Source: an uncultured Sphingobacteriaceae bacterium
GTDB lineage: Bacteria > Bacteroidota > Bacteroidia > Sphingobacteriales > Sphingobacteriaceae
Reading direction: 5' to 3'
DNA length: 64,000 nucleotides
NCBI GenBank assembly: GCA_966250385.1
Contig: CBINHC010000007.1
Coordinates: forward strand, 108,580-172,579
Shown: one piece after another, positions 45,578 to 55,408 of the stretch
How positions within the stretch are numbered: the first letter of the stretch is position 1
Layout of the letters: every line of letters starts with the position of its first letter
Program-made: the position numbers and the translations under genes
The notes under the pieces: generated by a model
Told to the model about the DNA's origin: nothing
Seen by the model: only the letters and a program-made list of their open reading frames with translations
Databases searched by the model: none

Positions 45578-45907
45578 ATGGCCTGGCTTTATCTAATTAT
45601 CGGCGGACTGTTCGAGATCGGCTTTACCAGCTGTCTGAACAAGGCGCGCACTGCGAACGGTGCAGAGTTCTTCCTTTGGATCGGCGGATTTCTGATCAGC
45701 GTTTCCCTGAGCATGTACCTGCTGTACGCAGCCTCCCGGACCATTCCCATGGGAACAGCCTATTCGGTCTGGGCAGGTATCGGAGCTGTCGGGTCTGTAC
45801 TGATGGGTATCTTCGTGTTCCGGGAGCCCGCCGAGTTCTGGCGGCTGTTCTTCCTGTTTCTCCTGATCTCGTCCATCATCGGGCTTAAGCTGGTCTCCAA
45901 AGGCTGA
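45578..45907 (+). CDS. sugE: SMR family guanidinium exporter (SugE/Gdx-type)
   Basis: 109 aa, four TMs. MAWLYLIIGGLFEIGFT (conserved Glu) and PMGTAYSVWAGIGAVGSVLMGI parallel E. coli SugE. Confidence 0.88.
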   Translation: MAWLYLIIGGLFEIGFTSCLNKARTANGAEFFLWIGGFLISVSLSMYLLYAASRTIPMGTAYSVWAGIGAVGSVLMGIFVFREPAEFWRLFFLFLLISSIIGLKLVSKG

Positions 45908-45935
45908 TTTCTGTAACAATCCCTATCTTTACGCT

Positions 45936-46775
45936 ATGAAGCTGCATACCATTGATACCGGACTTTTCAAACTTGACGGGGGCGCCATGTTCGGTGTGGT
46001 TCCCAAGACCCTCTGGCAGAAGATCAACCCTGCTGACGAAAATAACCTTTGTACATGGGCCATGCGGTGTCTGCTGATCGAAGACGGGAACCGGCTGATC
46101 CTGATCGACAACGGCATCGGAAACAAACAGGATGAGAAATTTTTCGGTCATTATCATCTGCACGGAGACGATACGCTGGATGGCTCACTGGCGAAACTCG
46201 GTTTTTCGCGTGAGGATATTACCGACGTCTTCCTGACCCATCTGCACTTTGACCACTGCGGCGGTTCGGTAATCCGCTCAGGCGATCAGCTGGTCCCGGC
46301 GTTTAAGAACGCGGTCTACTGGAGCAATGAAAAGCACTGGGACTGGGCGGTCCATCCCAACGACCGCGAGAAGGCTTCATTCCTGAAGGAAAACATCCTG
46401 CCCATGCAGGAAAGCGGCCAGCTGAGCTTCATTGAAGGGGAGGATGGCGTTTCCTTCACGGACAGCATGAACGTCCGGTTCGCCTACGGGCATACCGACG
46501 CCATGATGCTGCCCCAGCTGCAATACAAAGGCCGGACACTGGTCTATATGGCCGATCTGCTGCCCTCCGCCGGGCATATTCCGGTCCCGTACGTCATGGC
46601 TTATGATATGTTCCCGCTGCAGACCTTAAAGGAGAAGAAAGCATTCCTGGAAGAAGCCGTGGCGAACGACTATATCCTCTTCTTCGAGCATGATCCGGTC
46701 ATTGAATGCTGTACGCTTCAGCGGACCGAAAAAGGGATCCGGGTGAAAGATACGTTCAGATTATCCGGGATCTGA
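45936..46775 (+). CDS. MBL-fold metallo-hydrolase
   Basis: HxHxDH motif THLHFDHCGG. Downstream His/Asp ligands (GHTDAMM, MADLL). Confidence 0.85.
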   Translation: MKLHTIDTGLFKLDGGAMFGVVPKTLWQKINPADENNLCTWAMRCLLIEDGNRLILIDNGIGNKQDEKFFGHYHLHGDDTLDGSLAKLGFSREDITDVFLTHLHFDHCGGSVIRSGDQLVPAFKNAVYWSNEKHWDWAVHPNDREKASFLKENILPMQESGQLSFIEGEDGVSFTDSMNVRFAYGHTDAMMLPQLQYKGRTLVYMADLLPSAGHIPVPYVMAYDMFPLQTLKEKKAFLEEAVANDYILFFEHDPVIECCTLQRTEKGIRVKDTFRLSGI

Positions 46776-46803
46776 GCCTGACTGGCCGGAGCATTGACTG
46801 CGG

Positions 46804-47310
46804 TCAGTAATCCGGGCGGTTCAGGATAGCCGATTTAATGACCGCATCTTCCATATCGAAATCAGCATAAGCCGAGCGGTCATAGGATTCTTCATGGGCT
46901 TCAAACCGGTGCGGATGCCTGGCATGGATCGCCCGGTTTCGAACGATCTCTTCAGCAGCTGATTCAGGCGAGCGGCCATCCGCCGTTACGGCCTGCAGGG
47001 GTTTCATGGGTTCGTAGTGAGGCTCCCGATAGACTTCCCGCGGCCGGGGTTCGGGCTTCGGAGCCTCATACCGCGGTTCATACGGCATAAAGACCTCCTC
47101 TTCCCGAAAAGGTGCCGGTGCAGGCGGGGGAAGCTGAACCGGCCGGTGGCCGGTCATCTGAGGAGCGCGCGGCACCGAAGCCCCCCCATCCTCCTGGCGG
47201 GGCCTCGAGAAGTCCCGCTTTCTGACTTTCTCCTGTTCTTTCTGAAAATTACTGTAGACCCGGAAGGCCAGCACCAGGAATCCGATGATCAGGGGCAGAA
47301 ATTGTTCCAT
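46804..47310 (-). CDS. Hypothetical N-terminally anchored protein with Pro/Glu/Arg-rich low-complexity region
   Basis: 168 aa. N-terminal TM MEQFLPLIIGFLVLAFRVY, then a P/E/R/Y-rich stretch (LPPPAPAPFREEEVFMPYEPRYEAPKPEPRPREVYREPHYEP) and a more ordinary C-terminal ~60 aa. Confidence 0.55.
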   Translation of the reverse strand: MEQFLPLIIGFLVLAFRVYSNFQKEQEKVRKRDFSRPRQEDGGASVPRAPQMTGHRPVQLPPPAPAPFREEEVFMPYEPRYEAPKPEPRPREVYREPHYEPMKPLQAVTADGRSPESAAEEIVRNRAIHARHPHRFEAHEESYDRSAYADFDMEDAVIKSAILNRPDY

Positions 47311-47401
47311 GACTAAAGGTACGTTTTTAGGCGTAAACTCATCTGATTTAACAGCTTAATTCAGATATTTGCAGACTTGAGTTTTGAGGAAAGCCGATAA
47401 G

Positions 47402-50400
47402 ATGCAGCTTACGCGATTAGATATTAAAGGGTTTAAGAGTTTCGGGGACAAGATCACCATCAATTTCAATGAAGGGGTAACGGCCATCGTCGGGCCGAAC
47501 GGATGCGGAAAATCCAATGTGGTGGACGCCATCCGCTGGGTACTCGGCGAGCAGAGCACCCGCATGCTCCGTTCGGAAAAGATGGAGAACATCATCTTCA
47601 ACGGTACCAAGAGCCGCAAACCTTCCAACCTTGCCGAGGTCTCGCTCACCTTTGACAATACCCGGAACATCCTGCCAACCGAATTTTCCCAGGTCACCAT
47701 CACCCGGAAGCTTTACCGGACCGGGGAAAGCGAGTACCGCCTGAATGACGTGCAGTGCAGGCTGAAGGATATTACCGACCTGTTCCTCGATACGGGTATC
47801 GGAGCCGATTCGTATTCCATCATCGAGCTGAAAATGATCGATGAGATCATCAACAATAAGGAGAACTCCCGGCGGGCATTATTCGAAGAGGCATCCGGTA
47901 TTTCTAAATATAAACTGCGCAAAAAGCAGACCTTCAGTAAATTAAAAGATACTGAAGCCGACCTGAGCCGGGTTCAGGACCTCCTTTTTGAAATCGAAAA
48001 AAATCTGAAGACCCTGGAGAACCAGGCCAGGAAAGCCGAACGCTATTACCGGCTGAAGGATCAGTACAAGGCGCTGAGCGTGATGCTGGCCTCATTCCGG
48101 ATCATCGGATTCAGGGATTCCCTGGAGAAACTGGAGGACCAGGAACAGGCCCAGGTCGCTGCCCGGACCGGGGTCAACAGTGAAATAGACGCACTGGAAG
48201 CCCGGCTTCAGAAACAGAAGCTGGAAAACATCACGCGCGAAAAAAACCTTTCGGTCCAGCAGAAAGCGGCCAATGAATTCATCGCCTCCATCCGGGCCTA
48301 CGAAAGCGAAAAGAAAGTCCGCAACGAACAGCTTCGCCACCTGCAGGAGACCGAGAAAAAACTCAACGAAGAGCTGGAAAAGGACCGGAACCAGCTGAAC
48401 CACGTCCTTTATAATGTGAAGCGGCTGCAGGAAGAGCAGCTGCAGGAAACGGAGAATCTCCGGATCATGAAGGAATCGCTGGAAGACCAGAAACTCGAGG
48501 TGGATGAGCTGCGGATGCAGCAACAGAGCGCCAAAGCGGAGCTTGACCGGATGAACAAACAGAATTCGGAACTGCAGAACCAGGTCTACAAGGCCGAAAA
48601 GGACCTGGCAATCCTGAACATCCAGATGGAAGCCCTGCACCAGGAACGCCTCCGTACCACCTCGGATGCGGCTTCACGGGAAACCGAACTGAACCAGTTC
48701 AATACGGTTATGACCGCACTGGAAGCCCGGCAGCGGGAGCTGGAACTGGACCTGGAGATCCGGACCCGCCAGGAGGAAGAACTTCAGGAACAGCTGAAAG
48801 CCACCGAGGAGCTGATCCTTTCCCAGAAAGAAGAACTGAACGGCATCAGCCGGACCATTGACGCCCGGCAGAATGAATACAACCTGACCAAGTCCCTGGT
48901 TGATAACCTGGAGGGATTCCCGGAGTCCATCCGTTTCCTGAAAAAGAATACCAGCTGGGCCAAATCGGCTCCGCTCCTTTCCGACGTGCTTTTCTGCCGT
49001 GAAGAGTACCGGATCGCCATTGAGAATTACCTGGAACCGGTGATGAACCACTACGTGGTCGAGACCCAGACGGAAGCCGTCCAGGCGATCCGGCTGCTGA
49101 GCGATTCAGCGAAGGGCCGGGCCAACTTCTTTGTCCTGGATGCCCTGAAGAACCAGCCCAAACGGCCGGTTGCCGCGACCAGCAGCGATCAGGTGATCCC
49201 GGCCATGGATATTGTGGACGTTGATGCCAAATACCGGGGTCTCTGCGAGATGCTCCTGCAGAACGTATACATCCTGGTTTCCGGCGAAGAGGAAGAACTG
49301 GGCACCGCCATGCCGCAGGAACACGTGGTCATTCTCAGCCGCTCCGGAAAATTTTCGAAGAGCCGTACGACGCTTGCCGGGGGATCGGTCGGCCTGTTTG
49401 AAGGAAAGCGGATCGGGCGGGCGAAGAACCTGGAGAACCTGGCCAAAGAAATCAAAGCTCTTGAAAGCAGGATCACCAACCTCATGACGTCCCTGGGAAC
49501 TGAAAATGAACGGCTGGTCGTGCTGAGAAACGGGTCCCAGAAACAAGCGATCCAAACCCTTCAGTCGGAGCTGAACAAGCTCGGAAACGAGCTGGTCACG
49601 GTCAGGACCAAGTCGGAACAATACCGCGAGTTTATCGAGAACAGCCAGAACCGAAAATCGGATATCGAAAAGAAGATCGCCTCCATATCCGAAGAAACAG
49701 CCAGGAGCGAACCCCTGATCGCCTCGCTGAAGCAGCAGCAGCTCGATACCAGCACCGCATTCATGCAAAAGCAGCAGGTATATAATGAGATCGCTGAACT
49801 GGTGAACGAAAAGGTCACGGTTTATAATCAGAATAACATCCGGTTCCACCAGCAGCAGAACAAGGTTTCCGGAATCGAGAAAGACCTGGAATACCGGGAA
49901 AGCCAGGAACGGAACCTGAACGGCAGGATCCGCTCCAACACGGAAGATCTGGAAAAGACCCTGGCTTCCATGCGCGACACGCTGCAGCATGTCGATCATT
50001 CCGACGAGGACCTGATCGCCATGTACCAGCAGAAAGATGAACTGGAGAAAGCGGTGCAACAGGCCGAATCGGAATATTATGCCAGCCGCGGTTCGATCAC
50101 GGAGGCGGAAGAGGAGCTGATCAGCCTCAGGAAGAAAAAAGAACATGCGGAATTACTCGCCCAGGAGATCCGGGATCAGAAGAACCATCTGAAACTGGAG
50201 CTGAATGCCCTGAAAGAGCGGCTCTCGGTCGAGTTCTCCATAGATATCGCCGACCTGCTGGAGAGCGAAGTACCCGAGAATGAGACGGAGGAAGATCTGC
50301 GGCTGCGCACTGAAAAGCTGAAACGTCAGCTCGATGAATTCGGCGCAATCAATTCCATGGCGCTCGAAGCCTTCCAGGAGATGAACGAGCGGTATACCTT

Positions 50401-50947
50401 CATCCAGGATCAGAAGAAAGACCTGCTGGAGTCCAAAGCCTCGCTGATGGAAACCATCCGGGAAATTGACGACTCAGCCCGCCAGAAGTTCATGGACGCC
50501 TTTAACATGGTCCGGGAGAACTTCATCACGGTGTTCCGCTCTCTCTTCAATGAGGAAGACAGCTGTGACCTGATCCTGAGCGATCCGTCAAACCCGCTGG
50601 AAGCCGACATCGACATTATCGCCCGTCCGAAAGGAAAACGGCCGTTATCCATCAACCAGCTTTCAGGAGGCGAAAAGACCCTGACTGCGACGGCGCTGCT
50701 GTTCTCGCTGTACCTGCTCAAGCCGGCTCCTTTCTGCATTTTCGACGAGGTGGACGCTCCGCTGGATGATACCAACATCGATAAGTTCAACAATATCATC
50801 CGGAAGTTCTCCGCCGATTCGCAGTTTATCATTGTTTCCCATAATAAACGCACGATCGCCAGTACGGATATCATTTACGGGGTCACCATGGTCGAGCAGG
50901 GTATCTCCCGGGTGGTCGCCGTCGATATGCGCGAGGTGGCTGCCTGA
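47402..50947 (+). CDS. smc: Chromosome segregation protein SMC
   Basis: Start at MQLTRLDIKGFKSFG (ATG 47402). Walker A GPNGCGKSN, long coiled coils with a central hinge, signature LSGGEKTL and Walker B FCIFDEVDAPLD. Confidence 0.95.
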   Translation: MQLTRLDIKGFKSFGDKITINFNEGVTAIVGPNGCGKSNVVDAIRWVLGEQSTRMLRSEKMENIIFNGTKSRKPSNLAEVSLTFDNTRNILPTEFSQVTITRKLYRTGESEYRLNDVQCRLKDITDLFLDTGIGADSYSIIELKMIDEIINNKENSRRALFEEASGISKYKLRKKQTFSKLKDTEADLSRVQDLLFEIEKNLKTLENQARKAERYYRLKDQYKALSVMLASFRIIGFRDSLEKLEDQEQAQVAARTGVNSEIDALEARLQKQKLENITREKNLSVQQKAANEFIASIRAYESEKKVRNEQLRHLQETEKKLNEELEKDRNQLNHVLYNVKRLQEEQLQETENLRIMKESLEDQKLEVDELRMQQQSAKAELDRMNKQNSELQNQVYKAEKDLAILNIQMEALHQERLRTTSDAASRETELNQFNTVMTALEARQRELELDLEIRTRQEEELQEQLKATEELILSQKEELNGISRTIDARQNEYNLTKSLVDNLEGFPESIRFLKKNTSWAKSAPLLSDVLFCREEYRIAIENYLEPVMNHYVVETQTEAVQAIRLLSDSAKGRANFFVLDALKNQPKRPVAATSSDQVIPAMDIVDVDAKYRGLCEMLLQNVYILVSGEEEELGTAMPQEHVVILSRSGKFSKSRTTLAGGSVGLFEGKRIGRAKNLENLAKEIKALESRITNLMTSLGTENERLVVLRNGSQKQAIQTLQSELNKLGNELVTVRTKSEQYREFIENSQNRKSDIEKKIASISEETARSEPLIASLKQQQLDTSTAFMQKQQVYNEIAELVNEKVTVYNQNNIRFHQQQNKVSGIEKDLEYRESQERNLNGRIRSNTEDLEKTLASMRDTLQHVDHSDEDLIAMYQQKDELEKAVQQAESEYYASRGSITEAEEELISLRKKKEHAELLAQEIRDQKNHLKLELNALKERLSVEFSIDIADLLESEVPENETEEDLRLRTEKLKRQLDEFGAINSMALEAFQEMNERYTFIQDQKKDLLESKASLMETIREIDDSARQKFMDAFNMVRENFITVFRSLFNEEDSCDLILSDPSNPLEADIDIIARPKGKRPLSINQLSGGEKTLTATALLFSLYLLKPAPFCIFDEVDAPLDDTNIDKFNNIIRKFSADSQFIIVSHNKRTIASTDIIYGVTMVEQGISRVVAVDMREVAA

Positions 50948-50985
50948 TCCGTGCGATTTGACGTTAAAAATATTAAGTTTGACAC

Positions 50986-51906
50986 ATGATAAAAAAGATC
51001 GTTTTAGGACTCACCGTTTGTCTTTCTGCTGAAGCTTACAGTCAGACCGTTGACCAGAAAAGACTGCTGACGGACATCGAGGTCCTTTCTTCCGACGTTT
51101 ACGAAGGCCGGAAAACCGGCACCCGGGAAAACCAGATGGCCGCCGACTATATCGAAGCCCGGTTTAAGGAACTGGGGCTGAAGGCCTATAAGAATAATTA
51201 CCGCCAGCCATTTACTTTCGAGAACCGGGCCGGGAACACCGTGACGGGGCATAACCTGGTTGGATACATCAAGGGCCGGAGCAAGGACGTCATCGTCATT
51301 ACCGCCCATTATGATCATATCGGCATTCAGAAAGGACTGATCTTCAACGGCGCTGACGACAATGCTTCGGGTGTTGCCGCACTAATGGGATTCGCTGAAT
51401 ATTTCTCAAAGAACAAACCGGAGAAAACGCTCGTATTCGCCGCCCTGGATGCTGAGGAAATGGGACTACAGGGCGCCAAGGCCTTCGTAGCTAATCCGCC
51501 GGTAAAGCTCGAAAAGATCCTGATGAACGTCAACATGGATATGATCTCGCACAATGACAAGGGGGAGTTATATGTGGCGGGCACTTACGCCTATCCGCAT
51601 CTTAAGCCATACCTGCTGACGTCAAATCCGAAGATCAAGGTGCTGCAGGGGCATGATGACCCGAAGACCGGCCATGACGACTGGACCAACCAGAGCGACC
51701 AGGGCGCGTTCCATGCGAAGAAGATCCCGTTCCTGTACTTTGGCGTGGAGGATCATAAGGATTATCACCAGTCCACCGACGAGTACAGCCGCATCAACAA
51801 AGGCTTTTACGTCGATGCGGCCAACGCGATCCTGGAGATCATCAATAATCTCGACAAGAACATCACGATCCAGAAACACTTCCGGGACCGTCAGATCATG
51901 AACTAG
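50986..51906 (+). CDS. M28 family metallopeptidase
   Basis: Signal peptide. Metal-ligand contexts AHYDHIG, GADDNASGVAALM, DAEEMGLQGA and DMISHN. Confidence 0.88.
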   Translation: MIKKIVLGLTVCLSAEAYSQTVDQKRLLTDIEVLSSDVYEGRKTGTRENQMAADYIEARFKELGLKAYKNNYRQPFTFENRAGNTVTGHNLVGYIKGRSKDVIVITAHYDHIGIQKGLIFNGADDNASGVAALMGFAEYFSKNKPEKTLVFAALDAEEMGLQGAKAFVANPPVKLEKILMNVNMDMISHNDKGELYVAGTYAYPHLKPYLLTSNPKIKVLQGHDDPKTGHDDWTNQSDQGAFHAKKIPFLYFGVEDHKDYHQSTDEYSRINKGFYVDAANAILEIINNLDKNITIQKHFRDRQIMN

Positions 51907-51935
51907 GCTCCGGATCCGTCCCGGCAAACACCAAA

Positions 51936-51971
51936 CAAGAAAGGTCACTTCAGATGAAGTGACCTTTCTTG
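51936..51971. terminator. Bidirectional hairpin terminator between M28 and S41 genes
   Basis: Perfect 17-nt arms CAAGAAAGGTCACTTCA (51936-51952) / TGAAGTGACCTTTCTTG (51955-51971). Confidence 0.85.
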
Positions 51972-51995
51972 TTTGACCGGTTTGTTGCTCCGGCC

Positions 51996-53618
51996 TTATT
52001 TATTTTTCCTTTTGAACCGGTTCTCGATCATCCCTACAAAATCGTTTTCCGGAGTCATCTCCCGGACAGTCACGGATGAGGAGGATACGGTCTGGCCCTT
52101 GATCTTCAGTGCCGATACCGAACGGGACGCCGCAATAGTGGTGCCGGCTCCCGGGATCTGACGGATCGCTGCTGCAAGCGACAGCTCCGCAGGGTCTCCG
52201 AAGTCGCGGGTGACATCATCTGCAGACTCGGCATCCGGAACAAATCCGGCATAGTAATCGGTCTGGCCTGCGGAGTTGATGCTGGTGAACATAGAATAGT
52301 ATACATCGTATTTGTTCTGGATCGTGATCGGGAAGAACCCGATCGGCTTTCCGTAGGACTGCTTGCCGACCACCTTTACGTTCATATGGGGCTTCAGGTT
52401 ATTGATCACGAGCTCGCTGGCCGAAGCTGTGTTCGCGGTGACGATAAAGACCACGTTCTGGATCCCTTCAACTCCCCCCTTTTTCTCGAAGTGGTGCACG
52501 TTGTTCTCCTCGGAATAATCAATATCGTAATACGTCACGATTTCGCCATTTTCGTACTGAAGCCGGTCGTTGGCGTCCAGAAGCGGCTGGTTCTTCAGGA
52601 TCTCGGCCTTTCCGGTCTGCATCGTCGAATTGAATTTCTCCCGGAACATCACCTTCCCGTTGAGACTGGAGGGCGCGATCAGGTTCGACAGCAGTTCGGC
52701 TATATGAACATATCCCCCGCCATTATACCGCAGGTCAATGATCAGGTCGGTCACGCCGCCGGCTGCGAAATCCGAAAAGACGTTTCGCAGGGCGGTCTCC
52801 GAGTTGGCGGTATTCGAAAACCTGGCATAGGCGAGGTAACCGATCTTTTTTGATCCGGACGTCAGAATGGTATCCTTATAAATCGGGCTGCTCTTATAGA
52901 CCGCCTTATTGATGGTCACCTCAAAAGCGGACCCGTCCTTTTTGCGTCCGGCCAGCGATACCGATGAACCGGCCATCGCATTATTGATGAAGTTAACTTC
53001 CCCGTCGAAATTGGAGCCGACGGTACGGCCTTCAAAGGTTGTGATGAGGTCTCCGCGGGATAATCCCGCCTTTGCAGCAGGGGAACCGGGGCTTGCGTAC
53101 CGGATCCGGACCTCGTAATCCGTATTGGTGCCGATGGCTGAAAGGGAAAGTCCCATATCGTTGCCGTTGCCTTCCAGGTCAACGGAACTCACGCTCCTGG
53201 AAGCGGTGGAACTGGTCGGATTGTCATCCGCCTTGTCTTTGATGTAGGAGTATTTGGGATAACCTGCGTTTCCGCCGTTGGACCCGGCTACGTATTCATA
53301 GGGCTTGCCGGTCTCGGGGTTTATTTTCAGCTGCGTGATCGCAAAAAGCTCGTGATTGAAATTATCCAGATCGTTCGACCAGGAGGTATACTGCCGCGGA
53401 TTGAATACGTCCCTTGCCGGGACTGCATCATTCCAGTAATACACTTCCTTTGCATAGAGGTAGATCGAGTCCTGCGTGAGCTGCATCCTGCTGGCTGTCT
53501 GGCCGGGATCCGGATCCGGATCGACAGGGGCCGGTGACGGCTCCTTCTTACAGGACGCAGCAATCAGTACGGCAGCAGCAGCCAGGTGCAGTGCATATTT
53601 TCGGGCGTTTAAAATCAT
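51996..53618 (-). CDS. S41 family peptidase lipoprotein (PDZ-containing)
   Basis: Lipobox LIAASCKKE. PDZ-like SPGSPAAKAGLSRGDLI. S41 core DLRYNGGGYV and VTANTASASE. Confidence 0.85.
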   Translation of the reverse strand: MILNARKYALHLAAAAVLIAASCKKEPSPAPVDPDPDPGQTASRMQLTQDSIYLYAKEVYYWNDAVPARDVFNPRQYTSWSNDLDNFNHELFAITQLKINPETGKPYEYVAGSNGGNAGYPKYSYIKDKADDNPTSSTASRSVSSVDLEGNGNDMGLSLSAIGTNTDYEVRIRYASPGSPAAKAGLSRGDLITTFEGRTVGSNFDGEVNFINNAMAGSSVSLAGRKKDGSAFEVTINKAVYKSSPIYKDTILTSGSKKIGYLAYARFSNTANSETALRNVFSDFAAGGVTDLIIDLRYNGGGYVHIAELLSNLIAPSSLNGKVMFREKFNSTMQTGKAEILKNQPLLDANDRLQYENGEIVTYYDIDYSEENNVHHFEKKGGVEGIQNVVFIVTANTASASELVINNLKPHMNVKVVGKQSYGKPIGFFPITIQNKYDVYYSMFTSINSAGQTDYYAGFVPDAESADDVTRDFGDPAELSLAAAIRQIPGAGTTIAASRSVSALKIKGQTVSSSSVTVREMTPENDFVGMIENRFKRKNK

Positions 53619-53750
53619 GTAGCGGGATTATTATTCTTTGGTGGATATATAACGAACTAATATACGCAGTATTTTGGGTTCGGGGAAAATTATTCCCGCA
53701 AACCGGAAAACACATTTATACTTGATACTTAATTAGTTAGCCGTTTGTTT

Positions 53751-55340
53751 TTAAAATTTTCCTTTTAGACGGACCCGGTCTTCAATCATTCCGAGGAAAG
53801 CTTTTCCCTTTCCGATATAACGGAATTCGACCGACCGGACATTCACCTTTTTGCCCATGATCTTCAGGCTGGAGGAGGTCGTACTGAACGATCCCCGGGT
53901 CAGATACCCGATGGCCGCCGCAAAGGAACTTTCTTCCGTATCCCCGAAATCATGCGTGACATCATCCGGGGTTTCCGCATCCGGGGGCAGCCCCTGGAAA
54001 TAGTCGCCCTCCCCGGCGGAGTTCCGGCTCTGAAACATGGAGTAATACACGTCGTAGACATCGATATTGATCGGGAAGAATCCTACCGGTTTCCCATAGG
54101 ACCGTTCTCCGATGATCTTCACGTTGATATGGGGCCTTAGGCTGTTAATGACGAGTTCACTGGCAGAAGCGGTATTACCCGTCACAATAAAGACCACTTC
54201 CTCGATATTCAGCGACCCTTTCTTTTCGAACTTATGCGTATTGCCCTCCACGGAATAATCGACATCGAAATAAGTCAGTGCCCGGCCGTTCGAAAAACGC
54301 TGGCGACCGTTTTCATCGGTAAGCGGCTGCCTCTTCAGAATCTCGGCTTTGCCGCTGCGCATGGTTTCATTGAAATATTCGGTAAACATGGTGGTACCGT
54401 TGAGCCGCTGGGGAGCGATCAGGTTGGCCATATGTTCCGCCGTAGAGACATAGCCGCCCCCGTTATACCGCAGATCCACCACCAGGCTGGTCACCCCGGC
54501 AGCCGCGAAATCCGCAAAGGACTGGTCCAGAGCCGACTGTGCATTGGATGGATTGGAGAAACGTGCGAAAGCGATATAGCCGATGGTCTTGCTGCCGTTT
54601 GTGATCACCGTGTCCTTCAGCACGGGACTGCTCCGGTAGGACATCTTACTCAGCGACCGGGTAAAGACCGAGCCGTCCCTTTTCCGGCCGGAAAGCGTCA
54701 GTGTCTGCTGATCAAAAGCATTGTTGATGAAATTAACGTCGTCGGTAAAATCGGAACCGAGTGTCCTGCCGTTCACCTGGGTGATCACATCGCTCCGTGT
54801 GAGGCCTAACCTGGCGGCCGGAGATCCCGGATTCACATACCGGATGAAGATTTCATAAGAATCGGGAGTGCCCAGTCCTACCAGGGTAAACCCGAAGTCG
54901 GTTCCCATGCCTTCAAGGTTCACCTCCTCGGTCCGTGACGGATCATTCGACTCCTCATCGGTGATGTAGGAATACTTGGGATAATCCGATCCCTGCGAAA
55001 CAAATTCGTATGGCCGGCCGGTTTCCGGGTCGATCTTCAGCTGGGTTATGGCAAACAGCTCCTGGTTAAAATCGTCGATAACTGAAGCCGCGGCCGTGAA
55101 CCGGCGCGGGTTGAACTCCTGGTATGAAGGCAGGGCATCATTCCACAGATACACCTCTTTTGCATAAAGAAAAATGGAATCGCGGGTAAGATCCGCCCGG
55201 GATCCCTCTGGCGGGGGATTCTCAGTGCCGGACTGGTCAGGTACGGGATCTTTTTTACAGGAAGCAGCAGCCAGAAAGGTGACGATCAGAATAAAAAGCG
55301 GCAACCGGCTCCCTCTCCATGGTAAGAAAGCAAGATTCAT
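53751..55340 (-). CDS. S41 family peptidase lipoprotein (paralog of 51996-53618)
   Basis: Lipobox LAAASCKKD. PDZ-like NPGSPAARLGLTRSDVI. DLRYNGGGYV and VTGNTASASE. Colinear with its neighbour over the full length. Confidence 0.85.
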   Translation of the reverse strand: MNLAFLPWRGSRLPLFILIVTFLAAASCKKDPVPDQSGTENPPPEGSRADLTRDSIFLYAKEVYLWNDALPSYQEFNPRRFTAAASVIDDFNQELFAITQLKIDPETGRPYEFVSQGSDYPKYSYITDEESNDPSRTEEVNLEGMGTDFGFTLVGLGTPDSYEIFIRYVNPGSPAARLGLTRSDVITQVNGRTLGSDFTDDVNFINNAFDQQTLTLSGRKRDGSVFTRSLSKMSYRSSPVLKDTVITNGSKTIGYIAFARFSNPSNAQSALDQSFADFAAAGVTSLVVDLRYNGGGYVSTAEHMANLIAPQRLNGTTMFTEYFNETMRSGKAEILKRQPLTDENGRQRFSNGRALTYFDVDYSVEGNTHKFEKKGSLNIEEVVFIVTGNTASASELVINSLRPHINVKIIGERSYGKPVGFFPINIDVYDVYYSMFQSRNSAGEGDYFQGLPPDAETPDDVTHDFGDTEESSFAAAIGYLTRGSFSTTSSSLKIMGKKVNVRSVEFRYIGKGKAFLGMIEDRVRLKGKF

Positions 55341-55408
55341 AGGTTCTCAGATATACTGAATAAGACAAAAGTCGGCCTATAAAGTTCGAACCTGCGCCTG
55401 AAAATCGC

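Noticed and set aside
49106-50146. 346-aa minus-strand ORF antisense to smc, plus the similar 48092-48640 and 48674-49051
   Set aside because: It is in register with the smc codons (50144-47402 = 2742, divisible by 3). Its sequence is the mirror of the Glu/Lys/Leu/Gln-rich coiled coil, giving L/F/Q repeats. No independent start context or motif.
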